Shown: piece after piece, positions 1-8,900 of the stretch
Layout of the letters: each line of letters starts with the position of its first letter
Position numbering within the stretch: the first letter of the stretch is position 1
IMG/VR virus record: IMGVR_UViG_3300032242_001235
Coordinates: 1-64,000 of that record
DNA: 64,000 nucleotides
Source of the DNA: a virus
Strand: one strand, 5' to 3'
Notes under the pieces: model-generated
Seen by the model: only the letters and a program-made list of their open reading frames with translations
Databases searched by the model: none
What the model was told of the DNA's origin: nothing
Position numbers and translations under genes: made by a program

Positions 1-348
1 ACAGAAGGTACTTTCGAAGCTCCTACAAACACTAAGTTTGTTGGTACATTGAACGGTGCTATGAAGATTTATGTTGACGCTTATCTAAGCGACACTGGTG
101 CTGATGGCAACCAAGTTCTAGTCGGATACAAAGGTGCTAGCGAAGCAGATGCTGCTGCGTTCTATTGCCCATACATTCCGTTGATGAGTTCTGGTGTTGT
201 CCTTGACCCAGCAACATTCGAGCCAGTAGTTGGCTTCTTGACACGCTACGGCTATGTTGAGTTGTCTAACACAGCTAGCTCTTTAGGCAATGCTGCTGAC
301 TACCTAGGTAGAGTTCAAATCAACTCCGCTACTGTTAGCTTCCAATAA
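1..348 (+). CDS. gp23: Major capsid protein (T4 gp23-like), C-terminal part, 5' truncated by window
   Basis: Frame 1 is open from base 1: TEGTFEAPTNTKFVGTLNG...VGYKG..E.DA..FYCPYIPL...DP.TFEPVVGFLTRYG, the gp23 C-terminal signature. Confidence 0.93.
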   Translation, partial: TEGTFEAPTNTKFVGTLNGAMKIYVDAYLSDTGADGNQVLVGYKGASEADAAAFYCPYIPLMSSGVVLDPATFEPVVGFLTRYGYVELSNTASSLGNAADYLGRVQINSATVSFQ

Positions 349-368
349 TCCACGGATTATTACAAATC

Positions 369-393
369 AAAAACGCCCTTCGGGGCGTTTTTT
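369..393 (+). terminator. Rho-independent terminator after gp23
   Basis: AAAAACGCCC-TTCG-GGGCGTTTTTT: C(UUCG)G tetraloop hairpin with U-tract. Confidence 0.92.
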
Positions 394-417
394 ATTGACT
401 TTAATTTTTATTAAAGG

Positions 418-423
418 TAAATA
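418..423 (+). promoter_or_regulatory. T4-type late promoter core TAAATA
   Basis: TAAATA between the terminator and the next gene; the same hexamer precedes most operon starts in the window. Confidence 0.75.
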
Positions 424-427
424 TACT

Positions 428-484
428 GTTCGCTCTTGTAAAGGAGTTTATGCGGAACCCTACCGCGTATAGCATAGAACGCTA
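428..484 (+). ncRNA. Candidate structured 5' leader RNA (three hairpins plus possible pseudoknot)
   Basis: Stems 432-447 (GTAA loop), 449-469 and 470-484; GTTC 428-431 is complementary to loop GAAC 477-480. Confidence 0.5.
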
Positions 485-505
485 ATTTCAAAAGGAGAAA
501 TAAAA

Positions 506-1585
506 ATGGGAAGACCTCTTAACAAGAGATTGTTCAAGGACAATGCCAAGAACAATATCAAAGTACAATTCCACAATGGATTGAATTCCGTTCGTGGCTA
601 CATTGTAGAACAAATGGGCACAAAGAAATTTAAATGTCGCGATGAAAATGGTGTCACTGCTGTTTGTCGTGTCGTTATGAAAGATAGTGCTGCTTTACTA
701 CCAGGCGAAATGTCTATTACTGTAAAGTATGATGACGGTACAGTTCGTCATGTTTATAAAATTGCAGCACATAGAATTTCTGTTAACCCAGCCACTAATG
801 CAAATACCAAAGTTGGTATGGCTACTGCTGGATGGAGTTTTTCTACAAGCACAACAGACTTGAAATGGCAAATTGAAGAAGCTGGTACTAATACTAGTAT
901 GGCTAGTGCAATTGACTTAGAAGGCGATGATGATCCTAATGCAGATTATCCAGTTCCAGGTTCTGGCACATACTTATCTACAAGCACTGCATTCAATGGA
1001 ATGAGTTATGCTACTATCGGTACTACTGCAACAGTAACTGGTGGTATTACAACAGTTCCAAATGGCGCACCTGGTTTAATGAGAACCAAGTATGCAGGAC
1101 ATTATGTTGCATCTTCTGGCGGCAGTACAAGTACATGGAATATGAACTTCTTCAGTACTAGTACAGTTGTTAGACGAATTGCTGATACACATGTAAGCTG
1201 GGGTAATCAAGTTGATACACCATCACAACAAAACTTTGCAATGGAATTCAAAGGCTATGTTAAAGTTCCAACAACACAAAACTATAATTTCTATGCTCAG
1301 GTAGATGATGATTGTGCAATGTGGCTTGGATCTAGTGCGTTAGATGCAAATATTAAGGCATCAAACACTTTAATGTATGGTGCGAATAAGACTATGCCAA
1401 ATAGTACTATTGTAAACATAAACAGTCAAAGAATGACTGCAAACACATGGTATCCTGTCAGAATTTGGATGACAGAATTTACCGGTGCAAGTAAATTGCA
1501 AATTTTTGCAATTGGTGCTGATGGCACAACATACAACGGTGAGACTTTAAACTGGTCTTATAACACATCAACTTTAGGATATTAA
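506..1585 (+). CDS. Virion protein: N-terminal MGRP domain plus C-terminal PA14/GLEYA-like carbohydrate-binding domain; possible capsid decoration protein
   Basis: AAGGAG RBS at 492-497; C-terminal FAMEFKGY..P....YNFY..VDDDCAMWLG...YPVRI is PA14-like. Confidence 0.7.
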   Translation: MGRPLNKRLFKDNAKNNIKVQFHNGLNSVRGYIVEQMGTKKFKCRDENGVTAVCRVVMKDSAALLPGEMSITVKYDDGTVRHVYKIAAHRISVNPATNANTKVGMATAGWSFSTSTTDLKWQIEEAGTNTSMASAIDLEGDDDPNADYPVPGSGTYLSTSTAFNGMSYATIGTTATVTGGITTVPNGAPGLMRTKYAGHYVASSGGSTSTWNMNFFSTSTVVRRIADTHVSWGNQVDTPSQQNFAMEFKGYVKVPTTQNYNFYAQVDDDCAMWLGSSALDANIKASNTLMYGANKTMPNSTIVNINSQRMTANTWYPVRIWMTEFTGASKLQIFAIGADGTTYNGETLNWSYNTSTLGY

Positions 1586-1589
1586 AATC

Positions 1590-2303
1590 ATGGGACGCCC
1601 AATAAAAGCAAAATATTTTGGTAATAGAAATTTACCGTCATACGGGTCAGAGCAATTAGGTAGTGGGGTTGGTGGTGAAGGTTTTGCATCTATCATTGTA
1701 ACTAATCCAACTGCAAACACTTTGTACACTACTGCAACTACCGTAACTTGGTTAGCATCTGCTCCACAAATTGCTGGTGGTGCAAAAGCTTCTGGTACTG
1801 CGACAGTTACTGCTCAAGGTAAAGTTACTGCATTGAATGTAGTTGCTCCTGGTAGTGGTTATTCATCTACAGGCAGTGTTACTGTTACTTTGAGTCCAGC
1901 TACAACTGGTACTGCTGCAACTTATGCAATTACTTTAACAAGCAATCGTCAAGATGCAATTAGTATTATTTCATACTTAACTACTGGCAGTTCTGCTATT
2001 AGTGGTGGTGATATTATTAAACAAGAAGCTAGTCGTAGATATCTTGTACAAAATGCACAAGGTAAAGGAATCTGCAAATTAAGCACAGGCACATTGTCTG
2101 CTGGTCAAATGCACATCATTGGTTCAGACTTTGGCGGCGCAACATATTGGATTACTAAACTAACTGCTCACAAAGCAAGAGTTTATCCAAGAACCAATAC
2201 AAGTACTGCATATTTGAGCGCTGGCTCTGTTGCTAGATGGACACTAAGTGCCGCAACTGGCACAGGTGCAAGCACTATAATTTCTTTGAATCATACTAAT
2301 TGA
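1590..2303 (+). CDS. Virion protein, paralogue of the 506 N-terminal domain
   Basis: MGRPIK start; shares the G.I..Q....+...+C.+..L..G.M.I and K+.AH blocks with ORF 506. Confidence 0.65.
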   Translation: MGRPIKAKYFGNRNLPSYGSEQLGSGVGGEGFASIIVTNPTANTLYTTATTVTWLASAPQIAGGAKASGTATVTAQGKVTALNVVAPGSGYSSTGSVTVTLSPATTGTAATYAITLTSNRQDAISIISYLTTGSSAISGGDIIKQEASRRYLVQNAQGKGICKLSTGTLSAGQMHIIGSDFGGATYWITKLTAHKARVYPRTNTSTAYLSAGSVARWTLSAATGTGASTIISLNHTN

Positions 2304-2321
2304 TTTTAAGTTATCGAGTGT

Positions 2322-2346
2322 AAAGGGGCTCTTAGGAGCCCTTTTT
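2322..2346 (+). terminator. Rho-independent terminator
   Basis: AAAGGGGCTC-TTAG-GAGCCCTTTTT. Confidence 0.88.
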
Positions 2347-2384
2347 CATTATATGTATATGTATTGTAATCAGGTAAATACTGG

Positions 2385-2915
2385 ATGACCACTCCAACCA
2401 ATATATCTCAGTACGCTGAAGTTGATGAGCACATTGCTTGGCATGATGATTTTTCTCCGTTAACCGCAATAAATGGCAACAACGGGGTATACACAGTTAA
2501 ACCATTATATCATATTAGTCGTAGTCCAAAATACGATTTGACAAATAAAACATGGTACATACAAGCAACTGGATTTACTTTTGAAAATCTTCCTGAAACT
2601 ATTTCTGGAATTACAGCCAGTATTAAAATAGAGCGTGGCGGAAGAATTACTGATGACACTGTACAAATTTGTTATCAAGGTCAACTAATAAGCGAAAATA
2701 AAGCCGCAAGTATAATGGATCCTAGAAGTCATAGAACTTTATTAGATACTGTTACTGTATATGGCGGTGCAACAGACACATGGAAAATTGAAAATTTATC
2801 GTTAGCAATGGTGCAAGATTCGAGCTTTGGTATTGTAATTAGATATCAAAGTCATCCTCATTGGCCACACAAAACATCGCCCATTATTAGGGCTGTTGAA
2901 CTTGCAATTAGCTAA
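2385..2915 (+). CDS. Hypothetical late protein
   Basis: 176-aa ORF with TAAATA (2375-2380) 4 nt upstream of ATG and no RBS. Confidence 0.7.
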   Translation: MTTPTNISQYAEVDEHIAWHDDFSPLTAINGNNGVYTVKPLYHISRSPKYDLTNKTWYIQATGFTFENLPETISGITASIKIERGGRITDDTVQICYQGQLISENKAASIMDPRSHRTLLDTVTVYGGATDTWKIENLSLAMVQDSSFGIVIRYQSHPHWPHKTSPIIRAVELAIS

Positions 2916-2944
2916 TTTAATAAATACTCTAAAGGAATAGACTA

Positions 2945-5900
2945 ATGGCATCAAGGGTATCAGGATCAAATACAACACAACCCCAAAGTGGGCAGATAAG
3001 TCCTCCTTCTGCTCCTCCCGTATCTGGAATAGCGATAAATGTTGGTGGTTCCGTCATCAGCCAAAATGGAAGTGATGGCAGTGTTAAGATTTATACAACA
3101 TCCAGTATTGGATTGTTTGCGAGTACCGTTACGGTTACTTCAAATAAAATTATCATGTCCAGTGCTGCCAATGTGGGCAACGAGATTAATAACCCTGGTG
3201 GTTTAGGATACGACCCTGGTTCTGGATTAAATGCAGCAAACGGTTTTTATCTTGATGGATTTAATGGAACTACATTATATAGTACAAAAGCAGAACGCCA
3301 ATTAGCAGGCACTTACTTTACTGGTGGTGTTGGTATTGAACAAGATTTATCAGTTGGCGGTTTCATCTACGGTCGTATTTCAAAAGCCAGTACTGCAACA
3401 ACAAGTACCTTTATTACTGTTTCAACAACTAATAACACATCAACTTATTATCCTCTATTCACTGATGCAGCAGGTTTTGTTTCACCTGGTGCGACTTTGT
3501 ATGGTGATCTGATTGGTAATAAAGGCGGACTAACATATGTTCCAAGTTCTGGATTATTAGTATCTGATCGTGGTAGCATTGCAGCAAGTGATAATTCAAC
3601 TGGTAGCACAACTGGTGCATTTACAGTAACTGGTGGTGTGGGCATTGCTAAAGATGTTTGGATTGGCGGGGATGTTCAACCTGATGTTAATAATAAACAG
3701 AATATTGGTAGTGACGGACACGCCTGGGCAAATGCATACTTAGAAAAAGTTTACAGTAAATTTGTTGGAAATACTAACAGTAATATTACTATTAGTCCTA
3801 ATAACGGAATTACAAATCCACTTCGCGGCACTGGCGGTGTTATGGATGTCTATGGTGACATTCGTGTTCGCGGTGATAATCCAGTTGGAACTGCTCCTGT
3901 AGTTACTAACATTTTATATGTTACAACAGATGGTGATGATACAAATGATGGTCGTGCAATGGACGCAAGTCGTGCATGCCGTACTATCAGCGGTGCTATT
4001 AATAGTCCTTACTATCAGTCAGGTACACAAATTCGTGTAGCACCTGGTCTATACTTAGAAAATAATCCAATTCAATTGAAACCATATACAAGTATTATGG
4101 GTTCAGATTTGAGAACAACTAGTATTGAACCAATCAATAAAACACAAGATTTGTTCCATATGAATTCAGGATGCTACTTGGCATTCATGCAATTCTTAAA
4201 TGGACGAAGTGGTTTGCTGCCAGGTACATATGCAAACGGATACAATCGCGGAGCATATGCTACAGCATTTCCTCCGTTACCAGTTGGAGAACAAATCGAC
4301 TTGTTCCATTCGCCATACATTCAAAACTGTACTAACTTGACAGGTCCTTGGTTGAATGATGGTAAAATGTTTGTACCAGCTGAAGTTGTTCAAGTTCCAA
4401 TCATTACTGGTATGGGATCATGGGAAGCAAATACTACCACTATTGTAATTAATGTATTAAATGAACCAGTTAATGGATTCATCAATGCTGGTAAACCTAA
4501 TTCAAATGACACACAGTACACTGGTAATTTACAGAGTACTCTAAATATTATCACCACACAAACTGTAAAAACATCTAGTGCATTGAACACAATCACTAAT
4601 TTGACTTTACTAAATGCATACCAAATGCAAGATACTGGCGACCTGTGGGTGTACACTGGTGCTGATACTATAACATTAGGTATGAGCATAGATACCGGAC
4701 ATCAAAATTCAGGATTCTTTGACGCTCGTACTTTGATGCTAGCCAATCAGGCATTCCTACAATGGCAGGTCGTATCCTTTATTGATCAAACATTCAACCC
4801 AGGCACATTTACTTACAACACGGCAACTTGCTATAGAGATGTTGGACTAATTGTTGATGCAATTAGTATGGACATGTTATATGACAGCACAAGTGACAGT
4901 ACATTTGCTGGATTGCAATACTGGAGTCAAACTGCTAACGGATATACTGGAAATATTCCTGGAGAAATTACCGCAACAATTGCAGCTATTACTTTCTTAA
5001 AAGGCATAGCACAAGGGGTTGTCAGTACAGGAAATAGGCCAACTGTTAATACTTTGTTTAATACATTAACAAATATTTTATCTGCTGGAAATACTAACGG
5101 TGTTACGAATCTAATTAATTATGGAGGCCTTCCATCTACAAGTCCTACAACAATTTATGACTTCCAACAATTAACAGATCCTGTCAATGTAAAATCTATG
5201 CAGACACAGGTGTTTAATTACATCACAACTAATTATCCTACATTAGCATATACTAGTTCAACTTGTATGCGAGATGTTGGATACATTATTGACAGTGTGG
5301 CGTTTGACTTGTTACACGGTAGTAATGTTCAAACAATCAAGTCAGGAGTTTACTACTACGGTTATACTTCTAATCAAAGTGCAATTGCAAACGAGATACC
5401 ACAAACATCTGCGGCATATAGTTACATTCAAAGTATAATTCCTTACATCATTACTAACCAACCAGTACCAACTGTTTACAGCACTGGTACACAGGTGTTT
5501 AATAATTTACCTGCTACTGATGCAGAAATTAATACATTACAAAATAAGATCGATGTAATTACTAGAATTATTGTTGATGGACCAGCAGTTGCTGATGCAA
5601 AGACTCCTATTAATTTAAAAGAAAATACAACACCATCGGTACTGAATGCTTGGAATTTGTTACATGCAAATAGAACATTTATTCAGAAAGAAGTTGTTGC
5701 ATTTGTCAATAGTCAATTTAGTACATTTACATACAACAAACAATTATCATATAGAGATACTGGCATATTGATACAAAATGTCGCATACGATGCAACATTT
5801 GGTGGTAATAGTCAATCTGTTGAGGCTGGCTTGGCATATTGGAATGGTGTAATCAGTTATATTACAGGACAAATTCCACAATGTGTTGCGGCTGTTGAAT

Positions 5901-8900
5901 ACTTAAACAATTTAGTACAAGCTGTTATCAGAAATATACCATGCCCTGTACTACCACAAGTAGTTGGTATACCAGTAAACTATCAAGTGATTAATACTGT
6001 ATTAACTAACGGAGAAATTGCAAGTCAAAGTATTGATAATTTATTTGGAATTATAAAGAATGTAATGAAGGAAGGACCTAGTGTTGCACCTAGTGTGTAT
6101 TACAGCACTGGTCCAGATGCAGCATTTGTCAGTTCTGAAATATTGATGCATCTTAACAGACCATTTATTCAAGAGAATACTCTTAATTACATCAATTACA
6201 ATTTGTCTTATCCTAAGCCATCATTGCCGTTTAATAAAATTAAATGTGCAAGGGATACGGCAATTATCATTGACTCAATTGCTTCGGACCTATTATTCCC
6301 AACATCAAGTGTTAGTCAAACTACATTTGCAGGTTTACAATATTTTAATCAAGCTGGATACATTGGAAATATTGCAACAGAGATTACAACAACTACTGCT
6401 GCGATGGTGTATTTGAAAGAACTTGCTGCTAAAATTGTATCAAATACAACTTATGTTGACGATGCTCTAGTTGGTATTACTAGATATGCAAGTACAGCAA
6501 CTCAACGAACTCAGGTTACTAACATCAATCCTACAACATCTGATGTAGTATCTAAAATCAATAACGAGTTTGATATCATCATAAGTATTTTGAAAGGCAG
6601 TACTAAAGGTTGGACTGATAAAATTATTCCAAACGGCGGACGCCCAAGTAATTTGAAGAGTGTTCAAGATGCTTATGCATTGTTATTGGCTAACCTATCA
6701 TATATCCAAGCAGAAGTTTATGCATATGTAGTTTCTCCACAAGGATTAAATTATGCATCTACTAATTTTACTACTTCTACTTGTATTAGAGATGTGGGCT
6801 ATATCATTGATTCAGTAGCATTTGATGTATTGCATGGCGGTAATCGTCAAGCAATTCAAAGTGGACTATCTTACTATAGTCAGAATCCTTCTGATACATT
6901 AATACCAAATGAAACTACTGCAACTGCCGCAGCATTTTCTTTCTTAGGTACTTTAATGGGTCAGCTAATTACTGATCCTAACCCAGTTGTTATAACATAT
7001 CAATCTGATGTAAAACAAGTAGTTGGATTACCAGTTGCTACCAGTGCTGAATCAACACAGATTCAAACAGTTATTGTTTCAACATTAACTAACATTTTAA
7101 CATCTGGTCCTGTAGGTTACAATTACACTCCAATAAGTTTAACAACTTCATCTAATGCCAATGTATATCTTGCATATGACATTATTGAAGCTAACAAAGA
7201 ATTCTTAGTAGCAGAAACACTTGCATGGATTGATTATACATACAATACAGTGTCCTCATTCACTTATAATCAAACAAAGTGCTCTAGAGATACTGGACTA
7301 ATTGTTGATGCTATTGGTATGGACTTGTTGTATGGCAGTTCTAGCGATAGTACATTTGCTGGATTGCAATATTGGAATCAAGATATTGGTTACACTGGAA
7401 ATATTCCAGGAGAAATTACTGCTACTATTGCTGCATTTACATACCTAAAAGGTATTGCAGCATCATTTGTAAGTAGTGGTAATACATCTACTGTTACTTC
7501 ATTGTTCAACAATGTCATTAACATTTTGAACAATAGTCCAGTTGGTGTTACTGATACTATTGTATTTGGTGGATTGCCAAATAGCGGCAAAGTAGCTGAC
7601 TATAATGCATTGCAGGCAAATAAATTGTCAATGGAAAATAGTGTCATTGCATATTTGACAACTAACTTCCCATCATTGGCTTATGATCCTACAACTTGTA
7701 GACGAGATGTCGGGTATGTTATTGATGCAGTTAGCTTTGACTTATATCATGGTGGTAATATACAGTCCATTAAATCAGGCGTGTACTATTATGGATACGA
7801 CGGCAATTCTACAGCAATCAATAATGAAATTCCTGCTACTACAGCGGCATATAATTATATATCATCAATATTGCCATATATTGTAACAGGTCAGCCTGTC
7901 CTTAACCCATATCAATTAGGGGTACCACAATCAACTTCTGGAACTCCAGGAACTGCGGCTGAAGTTGATTTCTTAAAAAATAAGATTGATGTTATTACAA
8001 ATATTATCTTGAATGGTCCTGCTGCTGCTGAGTCAAAATCTCCACAGAGACTAATACCAAACAACGATCCATATGCAATTAATGCATGGACTTTGCTAAA
8101 TGCTAACCGTGCGTTTATACAAGCAGAAGTTATTGCGTATATTAATTCAACATCAATAAAACCTGCATTTGCTTATAACCAAGAAAAATGCTTCCGTGAT
8201 GTTGGTTTAATGGTTGATGCAGTAAGCCAAGATATTCTACTAGGTGGAAATCAACGCAGTATTGAGGCAGGACTAAGCTATTGGACTCAAGGATATAATT
8301 ATATTGCTAACCAAGTAAGCACTACTACTGCTGCTATAAAATATATTAGTGATATTTGTTTACAAATTATTGCAAATAAACCAGTTGATGTTGTAACTGG
8401 AACTGTTGCGAAACAAGTCATTAATCCTTTCTTCCAATACGGTGATGACTACATGCCTCAACAAGCTGTAGCCAGAAACTTTAATATAATTTCTGAAATC
8501 ATTAATCGTGGTCCACAAGCTGCTCCGCCATTATATGCTGGTGGAGGAATAATTGCATTGACTGGTCTTAACGGAGCTGATGTAAAATTAGCACCTACAG
8601 TAACATACATTTCTACAATATCAACAGGTACATACTTGATTGGTTTAAGTACTGCCACTGTTGGATTTGGTAATAACGCTACATTGTATTTTGGTGATGT
8701 GGAAGTATTCCCATTACAAGATGCTGAAGTTGAAACTATTGCATTAAGACAAACAGGCAGTTCATCCTCATGGGATCAAAGAAAAGTTGACGCCATTGGT
8801 GGTATGGGCGGAAGTTTAGTCGATGGTGCTGTTGTTAGTGCTAGAAGTCCAATTCAATCATTTGCTTATGATGCGTTCACACAATTAACACAGGGCGGTG

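Noticed and set aside
344-361. Short palindromes AATAATC-CACG-GATTATT (also AACGATATCGTT 41858-41869 and GTGTC/GACAC near 24761-24777)
   Set aside because: Too short or AT-rich to separate from chance and no shared consensus
428-484. tRNA or known ribozyme at the three-hairpin element
   Set aside because: No acceptor stem, no T-arm context for GTTC, no CCA end and no hammerhead core (CTGANGA/GAAA); kept only as an unassigned candidate
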